NCBI RefSeq assembly: GCF_001194135.2
Contig: NC_068999.1
Location: 31,324,654-31,358,632 of the forward strand
Reading direction: 5' to 3'
DNA from: Octopus bimaculoides
Lineage: Eukaryota
DNA length: 33,979 nt
Part shown: piece by piece, positions 22,655 to 33,886 of the stretch
Position numbering within the stretch: the stretch's first letter is position 1
How the letters are laid out: each line of letters starts with the position of its first letter
Position numbers and translations under genes: made by a program
The notes under the pieces: model-generated
Databases searched by the model: none
Told to the model about the DNA's origin: nothing
What the model saw: the letters and a program-made list of their open reading frames with translations, nothing else

Positions 22655-22815
22655 ATAGAGATGATGTTGCATCTTTGTTTATAGCCTGTACAGCCCTTGC
22701 AAACCATTTTTCTGCATCATGTTTCTTTAGTGACCACCAAATTATTGAATATACCTTGTCAAACATTTCCAAATCAACAAAAGCCAAGAAGAGAGGTTTA
22801 AGCCAGGATATAATG
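22655..22815 (-). pseudogene. Old RTE reverse transcriptase fragment
   Basis: KPLFLAFVDLEMFDKVYSIIWWSLKKHDAEKWFARAVQAINKDATS aligns by eye with KPLYLAFVDMEKAFDRV...IWWSIRKQGIDKWLVRAVKAMYRDTDS at about 13480-13630. Confidence 0.8.
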
Positions 22816-23313
22816 GTCGTTTGGAACCCTTGAATGGAATCCTTGAAAGTTCTTAATGCAATAAAAGTGTTCCCTGAGGATCTGTTGTGGTTGAGCGTCA
22901 ATATGCATTTAGAACTTACATTGTAGGGTTTCAAACAACCATCTAGAAACTTTAATATATACCTACATTTATCCTTATTATTCCTACATTTGTTCAGTAA
23001 CTCATAACTGGTAACACTACTCAATATAATAGTTAATTAACAACTCTACAGAAAACAGACTGGATTATGAAAATCTTCTTGGACACATACTTTCTAATAT
23101 ATATATGCATATATATATAAATGGAGTTAAATGCAGGTGTTATTCAAATCTTTATATTTCTGACATATGTTTTGAAGAAAACATTGGTATTATTCCAGAA
23201 GGAATAAAATGATGTAAAACAATGCAATCTTCTCATCAGGGAAAGAAAGAGAAACATAACACATCAATAAGATAGTTTAACCAAATGTGATTACTACATA
23301 TATGATGAAGTTA

Positions 23314-23427
23314 TTTGGATTTCTATTCGCATACACAGCAACTCTTGCTGCTAACTGTAAACTAGAAATTAATTTTTTCAGCTTATCAAACTTTGATACA
23401 GGTAAATTTACAACCTTCTATATCAAC
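23314..23427 (+). repeat. Left arm of a 114-bp near-perfect inverted repeat (right arm 23993-24106)
   Basis: 113/114 identity to the reverse complement of 23993-24106 by direct comparison. Confidence 0.95.
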
Positions 23428-23669
23428 CTTCTATGGTAAGTTATTTTTTAAAAAAATCCGTTAATAGGTATAACGTCAAAGGCAATTTATAGAAAGAGAA
23501 GGAGGAAAAAAGAAATTAGCAGAAAACTAAAAGTGGAGAAATATAGTGTGATAGGTGAATAGAAATAAAGATTAAAGGTGTGGAAATAGATATATTTAGT
23601 GGAAGTGAAATGTAAGAAGACAGTTAAAGATCGAATTTTATAGACTGGTAGAAATCACTTATAGGAACT

Positions 23670-24106
23670 GAAGATATGTTTTTACCAATGTTTGCCATGG
23701 TAAACACATTCTTTAAATGTGTTTACAAGAGGATTCTCTGAGAGCAGGATGAAATACAGTTCATTATTACAGAGTGAACAAAAAGATTTGCATTTATCAT
23801 AAGGAAAAGATCTAGATAGAACATTCCATTCCAAATCAAATTGATTGTTATGTTCCTTTAGAGACCAAATTAATTTACTAAGCATATATATATACGTAAA
23901 GCTCAGATCCAAAGATTTAGGTATAGGAAGATAGTAAGCCCAAGCAGTCTGTAGAAGGTATAAAAAACAACTTTCAGGAACAATTGTGGTTTGTTGACAT
24001 AGAAGGTTGTAAATTTACCTGTATCAAAGTTTGATAAGCTGAAAAAATTAATTTCTAGTTTACAGTTAGCAGCAAGAGTTGCTGTGTATGCGAATAGAAA
24101 TCCAAA
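23670..24106 (-). mobile_element. Penelope-like element relic (GIY-YIG endonuclease C-terminal region)
   Basis: LSKLIWSLKEHNNQFDLEWNVLSRSFPYDKCKSFCSLCNNELYFIL...N...H resembles the PLE endonuclease tail LSKxIWxLK...W.IL...PY...CxLCxxEK..IL...LN...H. The upstream YTATL...FFSLS...FTTFYVN is a weak match to YxAT...YIGxT...FKxRYxNH. Confidence 0.7.
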
Positions 24107-24329
24107 ATTAGGGAATGGGGTAGATAAAATCCGGGCTACATATGTTTTATAGCTAACAGAACCTCAGAAGTAGTAATTATCCAGATGAGGGGTAATCTGC
24201 TAGCTACTTGCCAATCCAAAGATACATTAATCAAAAGAAGTTAACATTATCATCAAAGGATCCCATGTTGACTTGCAAGAAATTTGATTGAAAATGTATG
24301 TAAACATATGTACCCTGGATTACTACTTT

Positions 24330-24341
24330 ATTTATCATCAG

Positions 24342-24384
<43 letters not shown>

Positions 24385-24460
24385 TTCATCATCATCATCA
24401 TCAGCAGTAGCATTATCATCATTGTTTAACGTCCATGGGTTCTAAGCTGAATTTGCAGAG
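24330..24460 (-). repeat. (CAT)n microsatellite attached to a decayed RTE tail
   Basis: Long (CAT)n followed by gtttaacgtcc-atgggtt, the RTE terminal motif. Confidence 0.7.
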
Positions 24461-24944
24461 ATTTGTTAATTTAGATGGCTTCTTTAGATTAAGTCTACAT
24501 AAATGACAACATTTCCAGAATGCTATATTTCATGCTCTATTAAATAAGCATAATTATCAGTGTGTCAAAGATTTCTGTGTGAAATTCCTCTTCTGCAGGG
24601 AATATAGATAGTGCTGAAGAAGAGTTAACTGTAAGCTATCTGAGAGCCAGCTTTGATGCAATTTCTATTCTTGGCAGAAACTATTCCACATCACATATTC
24701 TGAAAATACTTTTTAAGAATGACATAACATGACAATATCCAATATCTATATAAGGTGTTTGTGCCTTGACAAAAGAAACCAATATTGATCAGAAGATATT
24801 TAAAGCTCTACCAATAACTTCAATGTCTTCATAACAATCTTTGTTCTATTTTTAACCTGTTTCACATGAAGCATTTGATGCAATCACCTACTTACACCAA
24901 TGTTCACTGTGCTATTTTTCAAAACACAGTTTTGGCATTGCTTT

Positions 24945-25160
24945 TGTTGTTGTTGTTGTTGTTTAGCTACATGTTAGTCCTGACTAAGCAGACCTGTGAT
25001 CAAAGGCATTCAATCCATGACCATCTTCATAATTCTTTCAGTCATTGCATATTTAAGAATAAATTATATATGTCCTTCCATTTTCAAGACAGTAAAGTAT
25101 AATTTGATGAAGATTTGGCTGCTATTTGTAGCAGGTGAAATGACCACATAGAGACTATTG
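24945..25160 (-). repeat. Dispersed repeat family F copy with (TTG)n end
   Basis: gatcaaaggcattcaatccatgacc and atttggctgctatt are reverse complements of motifs at 8345-8515. Confidence 0.55.
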
Positions 25161-26399
25161 TTTACTGAACTGTCTTACATAGAGACTATTGTTTTCTAAA
25201 CTGTCTTGTTTATCCAACTTTAAACTGTTATAACATTCTATAAATATGATTATTGATTCATTTATGATGCTCTATTGTCAGAGAAAATTTGTGCAACCAC
25301 ATTATACTCTTAAATACTTTATCTCTGAAATAGATATTTTAGTTGATCCATCTTGTGAATGTTTATCAAATAGATCCATCATATGGTTGACTAGACACAT
25401 CCAACCAATTGAGTTTTATATTGATTCAAGCTTTGATAATTCAGTTTCTCAGACATTCATAAAATTTGAATATTAAGAGGAGGACTAAAGAGATATAAAA
25501 AGTTAGGCACAGATAAGGTGAGAACTAAATATAAAGAAAGACTCAACCTGAAATAGATGAACAAGATAGTTTGATGAAGGTTAGGCTGTTTGCAAGTTTA
25601 CAATAGACTATCTCTGAAGTTGTTAAGATAGACATAGTCTCAAAATTTGATGTTAGTTCCTATGAAGCTAGACAGGTAGAGGACAAATAGCATATATATA
25701 GCTTAAATAAGAATAAACCAAGAGGCAAATTACACATATTAAGAAATATTCTGTTTTGTAGCTTACTTTAAACTGACTTGTTCTTTCAGTAATTTTATTC
25801 AGTAATAAGTTGTAACCAATAGTATGGAAGGTAGATTATGACCTAGAAGGAATAATATGATATTAACACTTACTAATCATACATGCACCTTTATGTGATG
25901 GCTGTTAGTTTTTTGGGGGATGTGAAGCTATATTTAAAGGAAAACATTACCTTCATTTGAGACCCATAACAAACTGTTTCCCCAGAAAATTCTGAAGTTA
26001 TTTATTAGCACAATAGAATTTTCTCTGTCCTTTGACCTGAATTAGTATGAATGATAGTTATAATGGATTTTGAATATGTATGTGGTAAGGTCCATATAGT
26101 TAGTTTTGATGCACTGTCACAACATTAAAAATGCTTTGTATATTACATTGAATTAATAAGTAGGGGAATATATGCAGTTAGAAGTTTGTTAGAATGGTTC
26201 AGTCTTAGTGTATGCTTTTGAGTGTAGTGTGTGATCTAGTGAATGATTTTATCATAACAAAACTACCTTTATTGTTGTATTTGTATATCAGTGAAAAATG
26301 TTGTATTACAACAAATAGAAATTTCATGACTATATCAGTGCTTACTATATCAGTGTTTAAAGATAGATTAGGCAAATCTACCTTCCATTTTGTGGTTTT

Positions 26400-26495
26400 T
26401 CAGTGTGTGCATGTGTGTGTGTGTGTGTGTGAGAGAGAGTGTGTCTGCGTGCATGTGCGTGCGTGCATGTGTGAGTGCATGCGTGTGCATGTGTG
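26400..26495. repeat. (GT)n/(GCAT)n-type microsatellite
   Basis: Visible tandem repeats. Confidence 0.85.
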
Positions 26496-26760
26496 AATAA
26501 GACTCAGTGCTCCTCGCTTACATCAAAGCTCTTCAGATAGAAATAATGCGTTTGTGAATATGGATATGTATTTGTTTGGATTAACGTTTGTGAATATGCA
26601 TTTCACATATGATGAAATCATACGGGACTCACTGCAAACATTTTCAAAATTATTACTCACATTCACTCTTTATTCACAAATTTATCTCAAGTTTGTATGG
26701 AGATTTAGGTTCAAGATATTAAAACAGCCAAAGATATCACTTAACTGAATATCAGAGCTA

Positions 26761-26924
26761 GTACATTATTTACATTAATTACATTTGACAGATATTTGTC
26801 CTCATCATTGTTAATACAACGTTTTGGCTCTTACACCCTCCAGCCTTCATCAGGTATCTTGGGGAAATTTCGAACCTGGATTCTCATTCCTAAGGTATTT
26901 TTCGATCTTATTATTATTATTATT
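26761..26924 (-). mobile_element. SINE-G tail (hammerhead-like), copy 2, separated from its head by the R4/Dong insertion
   Basis: Minus strand: (aat)n gatcgaaaaataccttaggaatgagaatccaggttcgaaatttccccaagATAC-CTGATGA-aGGCT..AGCC-aAAAC-GTT-GTAT. Confidence 0.85.
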
Positions 26925-29641
26925 TTATGTTTGGCTTTTGCTTTGCTTTAGTACAAGTTGACTCCAAGTCACACCCAGAGACTTCAAGAAACAACAAGTT
27001 AGAAGTTCATGTTGGTGGTATGCCTAGGGTGCCATATATTTGGTTTTGTACATAGTGTTGTTCTAGAGAATGTTTAAGAAACCATAAGAAAATTATGTGT
27101 TTGTTTTAAAATTTGAAATTACATAGAGAGTATTTTATGTAGGATATGAACACTATCTTTTGAATTTCTGCCATTTTGGAGTTTCCTGGTATCTGAGCTA
27201 GGTAGCAATCATCCCCTTTTGCTATCATTCCTATTACAACAGGTATTGTTTTAGTCTTCAGGTTCCACATTTTGCTAATTTCTATTTCAAGATCTTTATA
27301 CTTGCTCAGCTTTTGGTAGGTCTTGACAGATAAATTTATATCGATTGGGACAGTCATATCAATGAGGAGGCATGATTTTTGTCTGAAGTCTTTCAATATG
27401 ATATCTGGCCTATTTGCATCTATCTTTCTGTCAGTTTGATTGGTGAATTTCCAGAGGAATGAGATGTGACCATTTTCAAGCACTGGAGGTTGTTTGTGTT
27501 CCCACCAGTTTTTATCATGGGGCAAGTCCATGTTTTTGCAAATTACCCAGTGAATATATTGTGCAGTTCTATCATGCCTGTTGAGATATTCTGTAGGTGC
27601 TAGAAGACTGCACATGAAGACAACATGATCAATGGTTTCATTTTGTTGTTGACATACACGACATGTGGGGAAGCTGCGTTCTTTAATATGTTGGCCTGAT
27701 AGTTCCTTGTAGGTAGGCATTAATTTTGGGCTGCTATGATAAACCCTTTTGCTTCTGATTTTAAGCCAGAAACCATTAGCCATTGATGGGTAAGGGCTTT
27801 GTCAACATTGGCATTATTTGCTCTCTTTGGGTATTTACCATTGAGAGGTTTTTCTTGCCATTTATCAGTCAGAATATCTAAGGAAGCAGCTTTAGCATAG
27901 ATTTTCATGTGCTTAGCTTTTTCTGCGCTTGTTTCTAGTACGTCAAATTCTGGAATTTGTATTTGCAATTCACTTAGATATTCCTTTGTCTGTTTTGTTA
28001 CTAAGTATGATGCTTTCTTGTTTTCATGTTTTGAGACAAGTTTTAACATCCAGTCATTAGAGTTTTTCAGGTAGGTATCTAGGCCTATTATGACAATCTT
28101 CATTGTTAATGCCATTTGTAAAAGTTCCCAGCCTCCCTCTTTTCTTGACAGATAAAGTTGATCTATATCTGCCTTAGCGTGGTGCATTCTATGGATTTTC
28201 AACAGTTTTCGTATTTTCCTGTCAAGATTACATATTTCAGTAATCGACAAGTTAATGATATTGAAACCGTAAGTCAAGACTGGTATGGCTAAAGCATTGA
28301 TCACTTCAATCCTGTTTCTTGCATTCAGCCCTGTCTTGAGTATTGCTCTCACCCTGCGATAACATTCTCTTCTGATCCTTTCCCTCATCACTGAATGTTT
28401 GATTTCATCCCCTTCAATTAACCATAGGTATTTGTAGCTCTCCACTGGTTCTCTTTTATGACATTCTGCTGGTCAAGGTTAACATTAGATATTTCTGTCA
28501 TTTTTCCCTTGATAAAGGCAGCTTTTGCACATTTATCAAGGCCAAATTGCATCCTGATGTCATCACTGAATTGTTTGACTATTGATAGTAAGCCCTTGAG
28601 TTGCTGGTAATTTTTTGCAAAGAGCTTTAAATCATCCATGTAAATGAGATGATTTATATTTTTATCAAATATTTTATAACCGTACAGTGCATCATTGAGC
28701 AATTTTGAGAGAAGTATTAAGGCTAGACAAAAGAGGAGTGGTGATAGTGAGTCACTCTGGAAAATGCCACATGAGATTCTTATATCACCAGCCTTTAGAG
28801 ATTCATTGTCACTGTTCAAAGTCAGTGTGGTTCTCCATGATCTCATGCTTACAGACAAAAGGTTTCGCAGAGTAGGAGCTATTTTATACATTTCCAGACA
28901 TTTTTTAATCCAGCTATGTGGTAGGTTAGCAAAAGCTTTTTTATAGTCTTTGCAGGCTATTGACAAGTTTTTGTGTTGTTTGTGACAATCTTCTAAGATC
29001 ATTTTATTGATGAGTAACTGATCATTACAACCATAAGATCCACATTTACATCCTTTTTGCTCATTAGGGAATATGCTACTTCCTATTAAAAAACTATAGG
29101 TATATTCAGTCAGGACAGATGTTAGTATTTTATACATTGTTGTTAAGCAGGTTATTGGTCGATAATTTTTTGGTTCATTTATTTCTTCATTTTGTGTAAG
29201 TAGGAATGTTAAACCATTAACTAGTCAAGAGGGAATCATACTTGGATGTTGCAAAACATTGTTGTAAAGTTTTGTTAACAGCTCATGGCTCTCTGGGAAG
29301 GCATTCAACCAGAAGTTAGGAATTTTATCCTTTCCTGGAGACTTCCATTTGCTTGACCTCCTGAGAGCAGATCTTATATTTTCTACCTTGATATCCTCCC
29401 ACTTTTGCTTCTCTTAGGAATCTAAGTCTGTAGATATTCTATCAATCCAAGGGGACTTTTCATTGTGTGTTTTTTATTCTGCCCAAATTTTATTCCAAAA
29501 TTCTTGCACTTCTTTTGATGGGACAGACTTTATTGTAACTGGTATTTTCTCTATCTTCCTGTAAAAACTTCTGGGGTTATTTTTGAACATGTTGTCCTTG
29601 AAGAATCTAACGTGCTTTTCATACCGTGCTATTCAGGCAAC
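26925..29641 (-). mobile_element. R4/Dong-like non-LTR retrotransposon (RT, CCHC finger, RLE), 5'-truncated, flanked on both sides by (TAA)n
   Basis: RT motifs EQKGCKCGSYGCNDQLLI, DYKKAF, GIFQSDSLSPLLF and YMDDLKL. C-x2-C-x7-H-x4-C in CRVCQQQNETIDHVVFMC, then RHD. RLE RPDIILKD...LIDMTVP...KYKDL. Frameshifts present. (TTA)n at 26908-26924 and 29643-29735. Confidence 0.95.
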
Positions 29642-29642
<1 letters not shown>

Positions 29643-29716
<74 letters not shown>

Positions 29717-29798
29717 CATTATTATTATTATTATTCAGGTCACTGCCTGGAATTGAATTCGGAATCTTGGGGTTAGCAGCCCGCGCTCTTAACCCCAA
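29643..29798 (-). mobile_element. SINE-G head (tRNA-like) and (AAT)n tract, copy 2
   Basis: Minus strand ggttaagagcgcgggctgctaaccccaagattccgaattcaattccaggcagtgacctgaataataat has a tRNA-like 3' half with a B-box-like motif. Confidence 0.75.
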
Positions 29799-29844
29799 GA
29801 TTCTGAGTTTGATTCCAAGCAGTGACCTGAATAATAATAATAAC

Positions 29845-29898
<54 letters not shown>

Positions 29899-30094
29899 CA
29901 TGATAATAATAATAACATCGAAAAATACCTTAGGAATGAGAATCCATGTTCGAAATTTCCCCAAGATATCTGATGAAGGCTGGAGGGTATATCAGCTGAA
30001 ACGTGTTAACAACAAACAATATGAGGACAAATATCTGCCAAATGTAAGTAATGTAAATAATGTACATAATTCCTCATCTCTTAAATATAGAACT
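29790..30094 (+). mobile_element. SINE-G copy 3: partial head, (AAT)n and hammerhead-like tail
   Basis: taaccccaagattctgagtttgattccaagcagtgacctga (aat)n aacatcgaaaaataccttagg...CTGATGAaggctg...cagctGAAACgtgtt...tcctcatctcttaaatatagaa. Confidence 0.85.
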
Positions 30095-30770
30095 GTATTA
30101 TCAGAGCTAGTCTCTGGTAACTGCCATGAGGAAAAATTGTATTGGACCATTTTCATATGTCTGAAAATTCATGTCTTGCTGATTCAAATGTATGGTCAAT
30201 AGACTCAACTATGTTCACTGAGTAATTATCTTGGGATCCTCATTTGTCTGGATCAGGTGCACTCCCTTACACTATTGCCAAATATTCAACCACTGACCAG
30301 GTAGCAACCATTGAAAATCTCATTAACGTTCTTAAATCCTTTAACTTTTAAAACCTTTTCATCATTTTTTTGTCCCCCAAAAAATGGAGCCAGAAAGATT
30401 TTTAAATGTTAATGGACTTAGAAAATTTATTGCTTCAAATTAAGCATAAAAGACTCATAAAGAAATATGAAAACATCACTAATAGAAAAAGATCAACAAA
30501 CTATGAAGAGTCCTTCAGGAGGTGCCATTTTTTCTTTTCTTTTTTTTATGTTTATTTTTCACATCAATAGCAAAAATGTGTTTACATTCTATATTTACAC
30601 ACAATCTTTTGCCGCTTAGATTTTATTTAATTTCTTCTGGCTTATGCCGTGTTGTGCATTACACATGAATGCATGCACTCATGCACATCATTTGTACCTT
30701 ATTCATTGTTAGGCTTTAAAATATCACATACATGCTAGCAAATATGTTTTTCACTATAACTAATTTATTT

Positions 30771-30815
30771 ATTCTTTTACTCTTTTATTTGTTTTAGTCA
30801 TTTTACTGCAGCCAT
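30771..30815 (-). mobile_element. Short 3' tail fragment of SINE family A
   Basis: cttttactcttttatttgttttagtcattttactgcagccatg is the reverse complement of 32645-32690. Confidence 0.65.
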
Positions 30816-31094
30816 GTTTCTTTGAATAATAAATATATGAAAACACATATTTATCGTGGGGCCTTTCATGTTTAAGAATGCAGCCTCTTACCTCTACTTC
30901 TTGCCTTTTACTGACTATGATCGACCCAACTCATTATCGTATCAGTTCCTTTTTGCTTAACTTGCTTTTATCATCTATATTCTGATATATTGTTGTTATC
31001 ACTTATATATGTGCATGTAATTTTGCTTGTGCATATGTGTGAATATAACTACAAATGTATGAATGTGTGTACATCTGTTAAATAGATACTATTT

Positions 31095-31408
31095 ATTTTG
31101 AGACCCCCTTCAGATAGCACTTAGAAAGTTCCCTTCCAAGGCACAAGTCCGGCCAAGGTCATTTGTTTGGAAGGCCTGGAGTTGCCCATGAATATCAGCC
31201 TCCCCTTTCCACACTACCCATGTTATCCAAGGGAAAGGCAAAGGCTGATACACCTTGGCACCAATGACGTTACAACTCATTTCTACAGGTGAGTTAACTG
31301 GAGCAACATGAAATAAAGTGTCTTGCTCAAGAATACAACACAGCCCAGTCCGGAAATTGAACTCACTACCTCATGATTGAGAGCCTGACACTCTAACTAC
31401 TTAGCCAC
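31095..31408 (-). mobile_element. tRNA-derived SINE family D
   Basis: Minus head gtggctaagtagttagagtgtcaggc...gagttcaatttccgg has A/B-box-like motifs, followed by tcttgagcaagacacttta (CORE-like central motif). Confidence 0.7.
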
Positions 31409-31599
31409 AGGGAAGTAAACTGTTGGTGATTTAAGACCACTTCTAGATTCCTTCACTGCTTAAAAATCACATTATTGAACCTAATGATCATGTGATCATA
31501 TAAATTACCAGTGACAAATCTGATGATCATGCAGAGGCATGCACTGCCACGCCTTCTTTTCTCTTTTCTACTTTAAAACCTGTACTTATGTAAGGTATC

Positions 31600-31618
31600 A
31601 TGTGTGTGTGTGTGTGTA

Positions 31619-31707
<89 letters not shown>

Positions 31708-31720
31708 AGAAAGAAAGAAG
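31600..31720. repeat. (GT)n-(GA)n microsatellite
   Basis: Visible tandem repeats. Confidence 0.95.
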
Positions 31721-32278
31721 AGAGATTAAGTGTGTATATCTATGAAACAATAAACTCCATTGAAGAAATGGATAAAATATTTACCAGAAATATCTAAGTC
31801 TAAAAGCATTGATGAGACAAAGAAAAGAAGAGAAAAAATGTTTCCATAGCGATATTCAAAGATTTATATTTCCAATTTCTGTTCATATTGTGTTGCCTTC
31901 TCTTTTAATTGTATCTTTAAATAACATTATAATGCTGAAATCAAAATCTAAATGTTTCCATTAGTCTTCAGTAAATTAAGGAATAAACAGACATTTTTGC
32001 AAGTTCCACTGGTGATTTAGAATTATTGAAAAAGCTAAACATATTTCTTGATTATATTTGTGTGAACCTGGAGCTATCATAGGTCAGGATTTAAAATAAT
32101 TTTATTGAAATAAAAGTGTATTTTTTACTTTACTTCTGGTTAGACAAAGACTGATTGGTAGGATGAGTGCTGTAGTCAACTGAATGGATCCCAGTATATT
32201 ACTCTTACAATATATTCTGGTTTTTAAATCTGGTATGAGGCAAAAATGTTATCAATGTTATCAGAAATGTTATAGGCA

Positions 32279-32690
32279 CAGGAGTGGCTGTGTGGTAAGT
32301 AGCTTGCTTACCAACCACATTGTTCCGGGTTCAGTCCCACTGCGTGACACCTTGGGCAAGTGTCTTCTACTATATAGTCTCGGGCCAACCAAAGCCTTGT
32401 GAGTGGCTTTGGTAGACGGAAACTGAAAGAAGCCCGTCGTACATATGTATATGTATATATATGTGTGTGTGTGTTTGTGTGTCTATGTTTGTCCCCCCCC
32501 CCCCAACATCGCTTGACAATCGATGTTGGTGTGTTTACGTCCCTGTAACTTAGCGGTTCAGCAAAACAGACCGGTAGAATAAGCACTAGGCTTACAAAGA
32601 ATAAGTCCTGGGGTTGATTTGCTCGACTAAAGGTGGTGCTCCAGCATGGCTGCAGTCAAATAACTGAAACAAGTAAAAGAGTAAAAGAGA
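32279..32690 (+). mobile_element. tRNA-derived SINE family A, full length, with internal (TA)/(TG) microsatellite and poly-C
   Basis: A-box-like tggctgtgtgg, B-box-like ggttcagtccc, ccttgggcaagtg central motif, tail (gtaaaaga)x2. Homologous to 3292-3783, 3805-4075 and 690-892. Confidence 0.9.
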
Positions 32691-32914
32691 ATGTTTGTTG
32701 AAAAGTGGAGGGCCAGACTTACTCAGACTAGTGGCACTGATATGACTGATGCCCACCCAGCCTGAACATCAGTAGAATGTTTGCAAAAAAATCATCACAA
32801 CTAATGACACAAAAGCACCAAGGGACCGTGTGAAAGTGGATGGTACATTAGGTCTGTATATTTACTTTCTCAGTTCCAATTATGTCTGTGTTTGTCTTTC
32901 TACTACATACATGT

Positions 32915-33025
32915 TATATCCATCCATCCATCCATCCATCCATCCGTCCGTCCGTCCGTCCGTCCGTCTGTCCGTCCATCCATCCATCCATCCATCCATC
33001 CATCCATCAGATAGACAGACAGATT
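32915..33025. repeat. (CATC)n-(CGTC)n-(CATC)n-(AGAC)n microsatellite
   Basis: Visible tandem repeats. Confidence 0.95.
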
Positions 33026-33670
33026 GATATAAATGTCTGTTAACTCAGTTGTCAACAAAATATTTGACAATATGTAGTTACATCTTTTTATGATCTTTTG
33101 TTACATCCCTCTACAGTTTCAGCTCATTATTGTATGTAGTTTTATCTCTTTATGTTATATGCTTGTATCTATACACTGACACACACATACATATGTAAAA
33201 AAGTGGACCAGAAAACACAACATGTTATCAAAAGGTTTGGGCACAGCAGGTGAGTTCTACACCTGCACTCATATGCTCTACACTACACTCTACAATACAT
33301 AAGTTCTACACTACACTCAATATGGTTTCATAACAATTTTGATAACTTCACTTAAGCTAGTGGAAAAGGAACATAGAAAACTTAACTGGTATTTTATCTT
33401 TATATAATGCACACGTTTCATAAATATAAGCCTGTTAATTACATAAGCCTGTATCCCCTATTATACAATACAATGCAGCTGGGCAAATCATGATACAAAG
33501 ATGCAAGCCCTTATATACACAAGTGTGCAAATAAGTATAGTTAGAATTGAATAAAGGAAAAAGGAAGTGAAGGGGTAAGCAAATATGCATAAATATGATA
33601 CAGGGTGAAGAGGAGAGAGGAAGAGACAGCAACAAAAGTAACAACAACAACATAACAATAATAATAATAA

Positions 33671-33886
33671 TCCTTTCTGTTATAAGCACAAGGCCTGAAA
33701 TTTTGGGGTAATGGGCAAGTCTACTACATTGATCTCAGTGCATAACTGGTTCTTATTTCATCTAACCTCAAAGGATAAAAGGCAAAGTCGACGACTTCGA
33801 TTGAATTGGAACTAAGAATGTAAGGATGGATGAAATGCCATTAAGCACTTTGCCTGACATGCTAATGATTCTGCCAGCTTGCCACC

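Noticed and set aside
23326-23355. AYTATLAA resembling the iGluR M3 motif SYTANLAAF
   Set aside because: Flanking residues do not fit iGluR, and the segment is better explained as degenerate PLE endonuclease sequence.
25951-26036. Minus-strand AG/GT-bounded open segment (SKDRENSIVLINNFRIFWGNSLLWVSNE)
   Set aside because: Weak polypyrimidine tract, no homology and no compatible partner exon.
27106-29137. Three consecutive minus-strand ORFs as separate host genes
   Set aside because: They are frameshifted pieces of one R4/Dong-like retrotransposon ORF.
29736-29829. tRNA gene or pre-miRNA call for the hairpin, and tRNA calls for SINE heads at 31350-31408 and 32279-32345
   Set aside because: Only partial tRNA-like sequence with A/B-box remnants and no full cloverleaf. 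The hairpin is explained by an inverted SINE dimer.
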